From contig JAVBJD010000005.1 in the NCBI GenBank assembly GCA_030756715.1, forward strand, positions 1 through 50,833: DNA of 50,833 nucleotides, read 5' to 3'. Positions 1 through 9,480 of the stretch are shown here, piece by piece. The notes under the pieces were generated by a model that ran no database searches, was not told the DNA's origin, and saw only the letters and a list, made by a program, of their open reading frames with translations. Made by a program: the position numbers and the translations under genes. This DNA is from Conexivisphaerales archaeon (GTDB lineage Archaea; Thermoproteota; Nitrososphaeria; Conexivisphaerales; UBA164). Position 1 is the stretch's first letter. Each line of letters opens with the position of its first letter.

Positions 1-269
1 TATACTATAAAGAGTTACACTAAATTGCATACAAAGTTTGGTTGTTTATTTAACGTAAATGTACTGCGGGTTTAAAAAAGTTTATCGACCGTTAAAAATT
101 TTATTATAAACTTGATGTGCTAAGGGCTAACAATCCTGTTATCTTTAAAAAAATTGCTTTTAAAAGGGGTTTTTAAGTTCGGGTGAAACTTAGGGAATTT
201 ATTACCTGCGTGATCAAGAATTATAGGTTTTTTAATAACCGATAAACCTGAACCTTAAAGTCCGGTAGT

Positions 270-938
270 TCACATCAATTTTGATTGGTTTTTTTCGTTT
301 TCTATCTGTTCTTCAAATTTACTTTCAAGCAACTGCTTTACCTTTTGCGCTTTTGCATAACCAATAACTTCGGCAAGAGCTGTTTGCGAAGCGTTAAATG
401 CTTTTATTGGCGTTCCAAAATGTTTTAAAAGCTTTTCAGCTAGTTTTTCACCAACGCCTGGAAGGGATGCCATAAGGTTAAGCTGCTGTTCCCTTATGCT
501 CTGTCCTTTCTCCTTGACTATGTTATGAGGCCTTTGTTCTTTATTAAGGTTATAGACTAGTCGCTCTATGAAAATTGCGCTTTCGTTTAGCGACGGGACA
601 AAAATCAACTTAATCGGAAAATTGATTGTAAGTGAAGCAAGCGCTCCATAATAAACTTTCACATTGTTCACTAGGCTAGGTATAATTGTTATGTCGCCCT
701 CTACTAAAAGCACTGGTTGCCTGTAAACACTCGTTAAATCGCTAACCTGTCTGAATAACCTTCCATCAAAGAGAGACGATATAAAATCATTAATGGTCTT
801 TCTTTCTATAGCTATTTCATCTGAAAGAATGTAATCTCCAACAGCTAACTGTTCAAATCTAACGTTTAAACCAAGCTCTTTTAAAAGAGCAGGAAGATTA
901 GATGCGGCTTCTCGGTTGTCAGCTATTATTTCATACAT
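270..938 (-). CDS. xpf: Short (crenarchaeal-type) XPF/ERCC4 structure-specific endonuclease
   Basis: ERCC4 motifs ADNRE, VGDY, IERKT..DF..S..DGRL..Q, VEGD; C-terminal HhH (LPGVGEKLAEKLL); PIP-like tail QSKLM; no helicase domain. Confidence 0.92.
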   Translation of the reverse strand: MYEIIADNREAASNLPALLKELGLNVRFEQLAVGDYILSDEIAIERKTINDFISSLFDGRLFRQVSDLTSVYRQPVLLVEGDITIIPSLVNNVKVYYGALASLTINFPIKLIFVPSLNESAIFIERLVYNLNKEQRPHNIVKEKGQSIREQQLNLMASLPGVGEKLAEKLLKHFGTPIKAFNASQTALAEVIGYAKAQKVKQLLESKFEEQIENEKNQSKLM

Positions 939-981
939 AGTTGTCGATAATGGTTTCTTAAAATAAAAGTTTGTACATATT

Positions 982-1368
982 TTAAGAATTCTGTTTTGAA
1001 ATGTAACTGATTATAGCCATCTTTAAAACCTTTACTGGAAGGGCTACGCACTTTATCCTGTTTGGTCCAAGCTCTTTAATTCCCAACTCATTCATAAGAT
1101 CTTTTTCGCTTATTTTTAACGCATTGTCCAAGCTTTCTCCATCAACCATTTCGGTCATTAAAGATGCTGAAGCCATTGAAAGCGCACAACCGTTCCCTTC
1201 AAATCCTATCTTTTTTATTCTGTTTGCTTCAATTTTAATGTAAATTTTTACATTATCCCCGCAGGTTGGATTGCTATCTCCGTATTCTGTATCATAAGAG
1301 TCTGGTTTGCCCTTGTTCCTCGGGTTCTTATAATGATCCATTACGTTTTCATAAAAGAAATAGCTCAT
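982..1368 (-). CDS. sufU: SufU/IscU-family Fe-S assembly scaffold / sulfur-transfer protein
   Basis: DHYKNPRN, NPTCGD, GCALS.AS, RIKC (three conserved Cys plus Asp); overlaps the sufS stop. Confidence 0.92.
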   Translation of the reverse strand: MSYFFYENVMDHYKNPRNKGKPDSYDTEYGDSNPTCGDNVKIYIKIEANRIKKIGFEGNGCALSMASASLMTEMVDGESLDNALKISEKDLMNELGIKELGPNRIKCVALPVKVLKMAIISYISKQNS

Positions 1369-2579
1369 ACAATATTCACTAATTCTTCTAATGCGGTCCT
1401 TAACTTATCTATTTCTGAAAAAGTGTTGTAAAAATAAAGGCTAGCTCTTGTTGTTCCATTCGAAAAACCAAGCTCTTCTTGCAACGGCTGTGCACAGTGC
1501 CATCCTGACCTAACCGCTATGCCTTTCATATCTAGATATGCTGCAACGTCGTGAGGATGAACCCCTTTTATTTCAAATGCCAATAAAGCGGCCCTGTTAT
1601 TTTTTGGACCTGCGTATCTAAGTCCTTTAATGTTTCCAACGTTTTCTAACAGGTATTCTGAAAGCTTTTTTTCGTAAGTTTCTATCTGATCTATCCCTAT
1701 TTTCTTAATATATCTTACAGCTTCAGCAAGGCCTATAGATCCAACATAATTAGGAGTCCCAGGTTCGAACTTCCAAGGAACGTCATTCCACGATTGCCCA
1801 TCCTTATGAACTTCCTTGACCATTTCTCCACCAGTAAAAGGAGGTTCAAGTTCTTCAAGAAGATCCTTTTTCCCATAAAGAACTCCGATGCCTGTAGGTC
1901 CTAGCATTTTATGTCCCGAAAAAACATAAAAGTCGACTGCAAGGTTAGATACGTCTACTTTCATATGGGGCGTTGCCTGAGCTCCGTCTATAAGAACAAA
2001 GGCCCCTCTTTCTTTAGCTTTTCTGGCAAGCCTTTTAACATCAACTATGGTTCCTGCAACATTAGATACATGAGTAAAAGCTACAACCTTTGCGTTTTCT
2101 ATCTTTTTTTCAAAATCTTCTTCATCTATCAAAGCTTCGGATGTAACTTTAACGAGCTCAAGGTTCAACCCTGCAATCTTTGCGATCTTCTTCCACGGCA
2201 AAAAGTTACTGTGGTGTTCAAGAAGAGTTGTAACTATTCTGTCTCCTCTTTTTAATTTCTGAAGCAACATATAAGCCGCTAAATTGATGGATTCCGTTGT
2301 ATTTCTAGTAAATACTATTTCACTTTCAGAAGCGTTTATAAAACCCGAAATCTCTTTTCTTGATCGCTCATATTCTTCTGTAATATCTTCAGCTATCTTG
2401 TATATTCCTCTATGAACGTTTGCGTTCAAATTTTTATAAACCCAATCCATCTTTTCAAGAACTACAAAAGGTTTTTGCGATGTAGCTGCACTGTCAAGGT
2501 AAATAAAACCTGGACGCGATAAAATAGGGAAATCTTCCCTTATATCTTTAATATTTTTTTCAATATAACCCATTTTCAA
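1365..2579 (-). CDS. sufS: Cysteine desulfurase, SufS (group II)
   Basis: YLDSAATSQKP, ANVHRG, EHHSN, FSGHKMLGPTGIG (PLP Lys), RSGWHCAQP. Confidence 0.96.
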   Translation of the reverse strand: MKMGYIEKNIKDIREDFPILSRPGFIYLDSAATSQKPFVVLEKMDWVYKNLNANVHRGIYKIAEDITEEYERSRKEISGFINASESEIVFTRNTTESINLAAYMLLQKLKRGDRIVTTLLEHHSNFLPWKKIAKIAGLNLELVKVTSEALIDEEDFEKKIENAKVVAFTHVSNVAGTIVDVKRLARKAKERGAFVLIDGAQATPHMKVDVSNLAVDFYVFSGHKMLGPTGIGVLYGKKDLLEELEPPFTGGEMVKEVHKDGQSWNDVPWKFEPGTPNYVGSIGLAEAVRYIKKIGIDQIETYEKKLSEYLLENVGNIKGLRYAGPKNNRAALLAFEIKGVHPHDVAAYLDMKGIAVRSGWHCAQPLQEELGFSNGTTRASLYFYNTFSEIDKLRTALEELVNIV

Positions 2580-3552
2580 ACCCCAAAGCTTCCCTTATAT
2601 CTCTCAACAGATTTTTTGCTAAAAGAGTTACAGAATCATCTCTAGAAAGACCTCTAGACATGAGGTAAAACATCTGATCTTCATCGACGGGAAATACTGC
2701 CGCCGAGTGCTTCGCAAATATGTCGTTTATCTCAAGTTCCATACCAGGTATGTTCTGTACACTCGCGTCTTTGCTTAATAGCAAAGCTTTCTGCTCTATG
2801 TACGAGTTTCCTTCTACTCCGTTAGATGTATTTATAACTAAACCCTTGTGAATGGTTTTTGAATATTTTCTCACAACGCTCTTTTGGTAAGATGTAGCGG
2901 AAGATTTTGGTGAAATAAGTTTGGTTATTACTGTGGAATCCGTTGAAGAAGCTTCTTCTAAATCGTACCCAATTTTTGCGTTAAAAGAACTCATGTTGCC
3001 CCTGTTAAACGAATAAATTCTTTCCCTTACATACATTTTTCCCGAAGCTAGCGAATAGATGTTTACAGAAGAGTAATCTTCTAAATAATAATATACATTA
3101 TAAAGGAAATTCCCACTTCCTTCCACCTTTTTTAGGTGATTAAATTTTACGCCTTTGTTTACGTGGAAAATAACGACTTCTGATGCTAAATCTGCTGAGG
3201 AAAGTGAAAATGAGTCGTATAGCGTTAAATCTTTTTCTATATCTATTATTTTACTTAAGAATCCACGACCAGACTCGTATTTTCTTTCAAATTTTGAATC
3301 TTTATTTAAAACAAACTTTTTTGCGCCCTGTGAAAAGAATAAGTTCAGGAAAGCGTTTTTATCAAACATGTCTTCCTCGAGTCTTATTTCGTCGTTTACA
3401 TAATCAGCTGAATAAGTCTCTGAAACTTTAGATTCATTAAGCGAAAAAGGATCCACAGTTATTGGGATATAGTTTCTTAAAAAAAGCTGATGTGTCTCAT
3501 AAGGGAATTTTTCAAAAGCCTCTTTTAGCTTCTCCTTTATTGTTACGCTCAT
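2560..3552 (-). CDS. sufD: Fe-S cluster assembly protein SufD (divergent)
   Basis: C-terminal P.MELEINDI.AKHSAAV and FYLMSRGL motifs; lies between sufB and sufS. Confidence 0.85.
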   Translation of the reverse strand: MSVTIKEKLKEAFEKFPYETHQLFLRNYIPITVDPFSLNESKVSETYSADYVNDEIRLEEDMFDKNAFLNLFFSQGAKKFVLNKDSKFERKYESGRGFLSKIIDIEKDLTLYDSFSLSSADLASEVVIFHVNKGVKFNHLKKVEGSGNFLYNVYYYLEDYSSVNIYSLASGKMYVRERIYSFNRGNMSSFNAKIGYDLEEASSTDSTVITKLISPKSSATSYQKSVVRKYSKTIHKGLVINTSNGVEGNSYIEQKALLLSKDASVQNIPGMELEINDIFAKHSAAVFPVDEDQMFYLMSRGLSRDDSVTLLAKNLLRDIREALGFENGLY

Positions 3553-4937
3553 CCAACAGCCCCTGTTAACTCTAGCTCAATTAATTTATATAGCTCTATT
3601 GCAAAATCAGGCGGTATCTCTTTTGTGAAATCTCCGAGGTATCCAGAAACTATCAGAGATTGGGCCTGTTGTTCCTTTATTCCTCTGCTTTGCAAGTAAA
3701 ACAGTTGCTGTTTTCCTATTTTTCCTGCGGTTGCTTCATGAACAATCGATGAATCTTCTTCATATACGTATTCATAGGGATAAGTAGTAGAAGTTGACTT
3801 ATCATCGATCATAAGAGAGTCGCACTTTACCGCAGATTTTGCCTTTTCGGCGCCTTTTCCAACCCAGATCATACCTCTGTAAATTGTTTTGCCTCCTTTC
3901 ATTGAAACCCCTTTTGATGATATCAAGGAGCTCGTTTCCTTGTTAAGATGGTAAACTTTACCGCCGGAATCTATTATTTGGTTGTTTGTTGCCAAGCTTA
4001 AAGAGTTTATGAATCCTTGGGATCCCTTTCCAAAAAGATATATTGAAGGATATTTCATCGTAACTTTGCTTCCTATGTTACCATCTATCCATTCCATTTT
4101 GCCATCATCATAAACATGAGCTCTTTGGGTTACGAGGTTGTAAACATTCTTAGACCAGTTCTGAATAGTAGTGTACCGGACGTGCGCGCCCTTCTTTACT
4201 ACGATTTCCACAACGCCTCCGTGAAGCGTGTTCTGAGAATAAACTGGTGCTGTGCATCCTTCTATATAATGAACGTCGGAATCCTCATCAGCTATTATCA
4301 ACGTTCTTTCAAAGTTACCAACGTCAGGAGCGTTTAACCTAAAATAAGCGTATATAGGCTTTTCAAGCTTAACTCCTTTAGGTACATATACAAAGCTACC
4401 TCCGCTCCAAGCCGCATATGTAAGCGCGGCAAATTTATTATCACCTATCGGTATCACTTTCCCAAAATACTCTTTAACAAGATCTGGGTATTCTTTAACT
4501 GCAGTATCCATGTCCGTGAATATTACTCCCTGTTTTTCCAGTTCGTTTTGAATGTTATGATAAACTACTTCCGATTCAAATTGCGCTCCAACCCCAGCAA
4601 GAAACTTTTTTTCGGCTTCTGGTACCCCTAGCCTTTCAAATGTTTCTCTTATTGAAGGAGGAAGATCCTCCCAACTTCTGGCTTTAGATGAGGTGGGCTT
4701 TGCATAATATATAACATTGCTTAGATCTAATCCAGAAAGGTCGGGTCCCCATCGAGGCATGGGAAGCTTGTAAAATTCTTTGAGGGCTTTTAACCGCATT
4801 TCTTCAACCCAGGTTGGCTCATTTTTTATAGAAGAAATTTCCTTTATGAGTTCTTCGTTCAAGCCCTTTTCCGCTATATACTTATAATCAATTTGAACAG
4901 AAAAGTTGTACTTACTGTAATCTATCTCAAGATCCAT
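3549..4937 (-). CDS. sufB: Fe-S cluster assembly protein SufB
   Basis: WSGGSFVYVP, FERTLII, YIEGCTAP, TTIQNWS, HEATAGKI, FYLQSRG. Confidence 0.97.
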   Translation of the reverse strand: MDLEIDYSKYNFSVQIDYKYIAEKGLNEELIKEISSIKNEPTWVEEMRLKALKEFYKLPMPRWGPDLSGLDLSNVIYYAKPTSSKARSWEDLPPSIRETFERLGVPEAEKKFLAGVGAQFESEVVYHNIQNELEKQGVIFTDMDTAVKEYPDLVKEYFGKVIPIGDNKFAALTYAAWSGGSFVYVPKGVKLEKPIYAYFRLNAPDVGNFERTLIIADEDSDVHYIEGCTAPVYSQNTLHGGVVEIVVKKGAHVRYTTIQNWSKNVYNLVTQRAHVYDDGKMEWIDGNIGSKVTMKYPSIYLFGKGSQGFINSLSLATNNQIIDSGGKVYHLNKETSSLISSKGVSMKGGKTIYRGMIWVGKGAEKAKSAVKCDSLMIDDKSTSTTYPYEYVYEEDSSIVHEATAGKIGKQQLFYLQSRGIKEQQAQSLIVSGYLGDFTKEIPPDFAIELYKLIELELTGAVG

Positions 4938-4957
4938 AAATTGTGTTTATGCCTATC

Positions 4958-4972
4958 TTATAAAAGCTTTTA
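4958..4972 (-). promoter_or_regulatory. BRE/TATA of a probably leaderless sufB transcript
   Basis: Minus strand reads AAAAGCTTTTATAAG about 21-28 nt upstream of the ATG at 4937. Confidence 0.55.
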
Positions 4973-5024
4973 TTAAAAATTATAACAGTGTTATAATTAA
5001 AAAATAAAAAGAAAGATTGTTTAT

Positions 5025-6077
5025 TTACGGCAAAATCATCGACATTATGGCTTTTTCTGTATGAAGCCTGTTCTCCGCTTCATCGAAGTAGAGTGAGTTT
5101 TCATATGAGTCAAGTACGGCGTCTTCTACTTCTTGTCCTCTGTCTGCAGGACCACAATGCATGTAATATGGATTACCAGATTTCTCAAGTAGATCTACTG
5201 TAACTTTCCAATCTTTGAACTTTGCTTGGTACTGCTTTGCGGCTTCTGGATCTGTCTTTGGACCGTACGGCTCCATGAAACCTTTAGGAGACCATGCCTT
5301 TGGATATACGAATGTAGCACCTTCAAAAGCGGTCTTCATGTCATATTCTACTCTAAAGCCCCCTCCATATCTGTCAGCGTTCTCCTTTGCTTGTTGCAGA
5401 ACTCTATCATCTAGCTCGAACCCTTTAGGATGCGCTAGCACTACGTCCATTCCCATCTGGGTTGCTGCCAAGACAACGCTCTGTGGAACAGCTAAAGGTT
5501 TTAAACCACCGGAATAAGCATATGACATAACAAACTTCTTTCCTTTAAGTTTTGGTTTTACGGTTCTAGCCGCTTGCATATCTGCGAGGGCTTGAAGCGG
5601 ATGGTACATGTCGTCTTCCATGTTTATAACTGGTATTGTTGCGTACTGCGCAAACAGATTTATTATTTTATTGGCTCTTCCGATTATCCACTTTGCTGCA
5701 TCTGCGTACATTCTTATTGCAATAGCCTGTCCAAATCTACTCAAAACTCTTGCAACATCAGAAATGTCTTCTGTTTTATATGGAACCCTATCTTCTGGCA
5801 ATGTTGGCGTGTATACATCTGAAGCCCTGATAAAGTGAGCGTGTCCTCCCAGCTGGAAAATTCCAGCTTCCATACTGTTCCTTGTTCTTAAACTTTCGTT
5901 GTAAAACATCAGGAATACTGTTCTTCCAGGGAGATAAGGTGTTGGAACTCCAGACCTAAACTTGTTCCTTAGGTCATCTGCCGCGTCGAGAATCATATTT
6001 ATTTCTTCTTGAGTGTAGTCTTGGGTGTTCAGGAAGTCTCTGCCTTTCCAAATCCCTACATAACTCGGTAAGCTCAT
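5025..6077 (-). CDS. Carbamoyltransferase of the ATCase/OTCase superfamily, YgeW/AOTCase-like
   Basis: NESLRTR, HPLQALAD, YAYSGGLKPLAVPQS, LAHPKGF, VYPKAW, YMHCGPAD, EAENR. Confidence 0.85.
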   Translation of the reverse strand: MSLPSYVGIWKGRDFLNTQDYTQEEINMILDAADDLRNKFRSGVPTPYLPGRTVFLMFYNESLRTRNSMEAGIFQLGGHAHFIRASDVYTPTLPEDRVPYKTEDISDVARVLSRFGQAIAIRMYADAAKWIIGRANKIINLFAQYATIPVINMEDDMYHPLQALADMQAARTVKPKLKGKKFVMSYAYSGGLKPLAVPQSVVLAATQMGMDVVLAHPKGFELDDRVLQQAKENADRYGGGFRVEYDMKTAFEGATFVYPKAWSPKGFMEPYGPKTDPEAAKQYQAKFKDWKVTVDLLEKSGNPYYMHCGPADRGQEVEDAVLDSYENSLYFDEAENRLHTEKAIMSMILP

Positions 6078-6214
6078 TTTCGCTCGTTTTATCCTTGTCC
6101 AGTTAGTTTAAAAGCATATCGGTTGAAAGGATATAATTTTTTTAGCTCTTATAAATAGTTTATAATACTGTTTTTTGACCTTTAATTACTTAGAAACAAA
6201 AATTGTTATTAATC

Positions 6215-7495
6215 TCAGAACTCCCGTTCGTGAACTTTATAGAACCATTCTAGTATAATAGCAGAAAACATGAAAAATAAACCGGCAACAAAGAATGTAA
6301 AGCTATACCCTCCATAATAAGATATATAACCAGAAAACAAAGAACCTAAGAAAAGACTAAGATTAACAAAAGAGCTATAGACCCCAAGAGTTGCCCCTTG
6401 ATTTATGGTTGGTAAGTTATAGTAAAGAAGCGAGCTCAAACCAACATAAATTGGTGTATAAGCTAATCCTAATATTGTAAAGATTAGAAAAGTGATATAA
6501 AAGCTGCCCATTCCGTATACATATGAAGCAACTACTGAAGCACTTATTGCCCCTATGACCCTTATCAGCAACATGTCAACTATAAATGCGACATCTGCTT
6601 TCTGAGCTCTTTGTCTTATTTTCGGCAACATGCCGATCGAGTTTACTATAAGAATGTAAGTGCTTACGGTTAATACCATCCAGTAAGGTATTTTATTATA
6701 AACCAGATAAGGAGAATAAGAAGTAAAGAAAAGGTTTGTTGCTAAAAAGAACATGGAGCTTGCTGCTATTATTACGGGAAGCTGAAGTGCAACCGAACTT
6801 TTCATGCTTTTGAGTATCTTAAAATCGCTAAGCCTAGGAGCTCTGAGCGTCATTGCCGGCCACTTTAATATTCTGTGAAGAAAAAGGTTAAAGTTCCTGA
6901 CTTCGCTTCTTCTTTCAAAAGCTATGGGAGGATCTTTTACATAAAGATAATTAAACAGAAACGCTAGCATTAAGTACATAATTATTATATAAAGCCCGTA
7001 AAATATAGGAAATTTTATAGAGACTATTATTGTGGGTATCATACCAGCTATGTAGCCTGTAAGCATGAACATAAAAGACCATGAGTTCCCTTGTCCCCAC
7101 ATGTTTTTTGGTAACGTTTCGGTCAAAAGTAATCCTATTACCGGTATTGCAAAAGAAAAACCAAACGAGAAAAGGGTTGTAGCTATTATGACTCCTGCTA
7201 TTGTTTTCACGAAATACATTATTAAAAAGGCGATCAGCGTTATGCCCAGACTTATCGTTATTAAGTTTCTTCGCATGCCAGTAACGTCAGACAGTCTGCC
7301 ACTTAATATAGAAGTAAAAATGGGAACTATGTTGTAAAGAGCCAATGCATAACCAACCTCAATTACGTTGCCTCCTAAGTAGAGTATATAAAGTGGTACA
7401 ATGTTTACGACGATTTCTTGCGCAGCATAATAAGGTATGAGGAAATTAAACCAAGCTGGTCGCTTTGGAGATGGTTGCATTATTTGGCACCCCAC
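6215..7495 (-). CDS. MFS transporter
   Basis: About 12 hydrophobic segments; motif A GRLSDVTGMRR; start may be the ATG at 7480. Confidence 0.85.
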   Translation of the reverse strand: MGCQIMQPSPKRPAWFNFLIPYYAAQEIVVNIVPLYILYLGGNVIEVGYALALYNIVPIFTSILSGRLSDVTGMRRNLITISLGITLIAFLIMYFVKTIAGVIIATTLFSFGFSFAIPVIGLLLTETLPKNMWGQGNSWSFMFMLTGYIAGMIPTIIVSIKFPIFYGLYIIIMYLMLAFLFNYLYVKDPPIAFERRSEVRNFNLFLHRILKWPAMTLRAPRLSDFKILKSMKSSVALQLPVIIAASSMFFLATNLFFTSYSPYLVYNKIPYWMVLTVSTYILIVNSIGMLPKIRQRAQKADVAFIVDMLLIRVIGAISASVVASYVYGMGSFYITFLIFTILGLAYTPIYVGLSSLLYYNLPTINQGATLGVYSSFVNLSLFLGSLFSGYISYYGGYSFTFFVAGLFFMFSAIILEWFYKVHEREF

Positions 7496-7516
7496 AAAAT
7501 TTCTTTATATTTCATT

Positions 7517-9187
7517 TTAAGATACCACCCTTAGTAAGTAGCGTATTATATCAACTTCTGTAATAACACCAGCTAATTCCCATTTTTCGTTTATAACGAA
7601 GATGTGGTCTTCATCTGACCTAAGCATCAGCTCTATCGCATCTTTTAGCTTTGATTTTTCGCTTATGATTAGGCCTTTTTTGATCTCAAGTTCGGCAAGA
7701 GGGAGCGATCTGTAACGTTCTGGAAGCGATGCTAGGTATTCTATAGAAATATAACCCAGAAAAGCTTTTTCTTCGTTAACAACTGGTAAAGTCTTTATTG
7801 TTTTTTGCCTTAAAAGGTTAAACGCGTCTGAAACCGTCTTGGTGTGTTCAATATAAACTGGTTCTTTATTCATTATCTCACGCACGCTTGTTTCCAACAC
7901 TTCGGGGGAAGTTTTTAACGCTTTTGTATAGAATCTTTCTAGCGCAAAAGTTCCTTTGTCTAATTTGTTAGATGGCTGGTACTCATAGATAGTAAACTTA
8001 TAGCTTATAAAATAACTTGTAATTGATGCTATAAGGAGAGGTATAGCTATACTTCCTCCAATAAGCTCCAGCATAAACGTAACCGGCACAAGCACAAGCT
8101 TGTTAACGCCAGCCGCCATTGTTGCCATCCCAAGCAGGACGAAAACCACCAAGTACTTTGGGTAAATTAAATAACCGGTTATGTATCCAAACAAAGCGCC
8201 TATTTCTATGCTTGGAAGCAGGAGGCCCCCACTTGCTCCAAAGTTTATAACAGACGAAACGCTTACTAGTCTTGCAATTAAAATTAATATTGCAGCTAAG
8301 ACGCTTAATTTCATGTAAATGGTGTTATTAAGTAGTAAAAAGCCGGGTCCGATCGATGGCTGAATAATATAACCCAAAAAGCCCACCAGTAAACCGCCTA
8401 TAAGTATAAGCATGGGAAAACTGGCCAGCTTCATTAAACGCTGAGCTAAATAAGTAAACCCTTTGTAGATGCTTATAAAAGCTATTGAAAAAATTCCAGA
8501 AAGTACTCCAAAACCTAAGGATATTGCTATCAAAGTCATAGAAACTCCTGGAATTTGTATGTTTTGTACAAATATTATTGATGGAGTTTTCAGAACAAAC
8601 GACGTAAGATATGCTGTAGCTGATGCCAAAGCCGAAGGTAAAAATGGGTCTTTTTCCAGATCTCCTTTATAAGGCAATTCTAGAGCTAATAAAAAGCCAC
8701 TTATAGGAGCCTTAAATAAAGCTGTAAAACCAGCAGCTAAACCAGTCAAAAGAATGGTGTTGCTTTCTATGTTTACCTTAAATATGTCTTTTATCTTTTT
8801 TGCTATGCCGCTTCCCAGCATCGCTGCGCCACCTTCTGGACCCACTGGAGCGCCAAACGCAAAAGACAAAAACGAAGATAGAGAGTAAATAAGTGACTCT
8901 TTAAATGAAAGCGATGCCGGAGAAGTATGGTAGTACTCGAGTATTATATCAAAAGAATCCTTTGGCCTCCTTTTTAAAAACATTCTCAAAGGGAGGCTGG
9001 ACAGAATTATACTTAGAAAGATAAATGAGAAAGAAAGCTTCGGGATTTTAACCAGAGCTTCTTCAAATATCTTCCAAATGCCATAGAATATATAAAAAGA
9101 AATTGAAACAGCAAGACCGATTAAGATTCCCATCATCAGCGGAGCTATCCAGACATTTATTTCTTCCCAGCGGAATTTTGATGTCAT
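7517..9187 (-). CDS. ClC-family anion channel/antiporter with C-terminal CBS pair
   Basis: GPEGG, GLAAGFTALFKAP..G..LALE, GGLLLP; CBS repeats (VREIMNKEP, GVITEVDI). Confidence 0.9.
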   Translation of the reverse strand: MTSKFRWEEINVWIAPLMMGILIGLAVSISFYIFYGIWKIFEEALVKIPKLSFSFIFLSIILSSLPLRMFLKRRPKDSFDIILEYYHTSPASLSFKESLIYSLSSFLSFAFGAPVGPEGGAAMLGSGIAKKIKDIFKVNIESNTILLTGLAAGFTALFKAPISGFLLALELPYKGDLEKDPFLPSALASATAYLTSFVLKTPSIIFVQNIQIPGVSMTLIAISLGFGVLSGIFSIAFISIYKGFTYLAQRLMKLASFPMLILIGGLLVGFLGYIIQPSIGPGFLLLNNTIYMKLSVLAAILILIARLVSVSSVINFGASGGLLLPSIEIGALFGYITGYLIYPKYLVVFVLLGMATMAAGVNKLVLVPVTFMLELIGGSIAIPLLIASITSYFISYKFTIYEYQPSNKLDKGTFALERFYTKALKTSPEVLETSVREIMNKEPVYIEHTKTVSDAFNLLRQKTIKTLPVVNEEKAFLGYISIEYLASLPERYRSLPLAELEIKKGLIISEKSKLKDAIELMLRSDEDHIFVINEKWELAGVITEVDIIRYLLRVVS

Positions 9188-9256
9188 TTTAACATATGCT
9201 AACCTATTTATCTTCCTTTTATTTAAATTTCAAAAAAATCATAAAAATATAGATTG

Positions 9257-9400
9257 CTACTTCCCCAGTATTCTGTATAGGGTTGTTCCACAAACTGGGC
9301 AAACTCCTTTTATAGCTTTCCTGCCGTTCTTCAGAGTTATTTCTTGTGGGTTTTTGATTTCCCTTTTTGCCCTGCATTTAACGCAATATGCTTCTACCAT
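9257..9400 (-). CDS. 47-aa basic Zn-ribbon protein (DUF5679-like), below the ORF-track cutoff
   Basis: Hand translation MVEAYCVKCRAKREIKNPQEITLKNGRKAIKGVCPVCGTTLYRILGK*; two CxxC pairs; ATG at 9400, TAG at 9257; upstream TTTAAATA box near 9433-9440. Confidence 0.85.
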   Translation of the reverse strand: MVEAYCVKCRAKREIKNPQEITLKNGRKAIKGVCPVCGTTLYRILGK

Positions 9401-9480
9401 TTTTGATCCTTACACATAAATATCTAATCCTCTATTTAAAAACGTTAGCATAATAAAGTTAGATTTTTTGTAAATTTATT

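Noticed and set aside
5025-6077. Canonical argF or pyrB
   Set aside because: It lacks the STRT/SMG/HCLP set of OTC and the HPLP and R.Q.ER motifs of ATC
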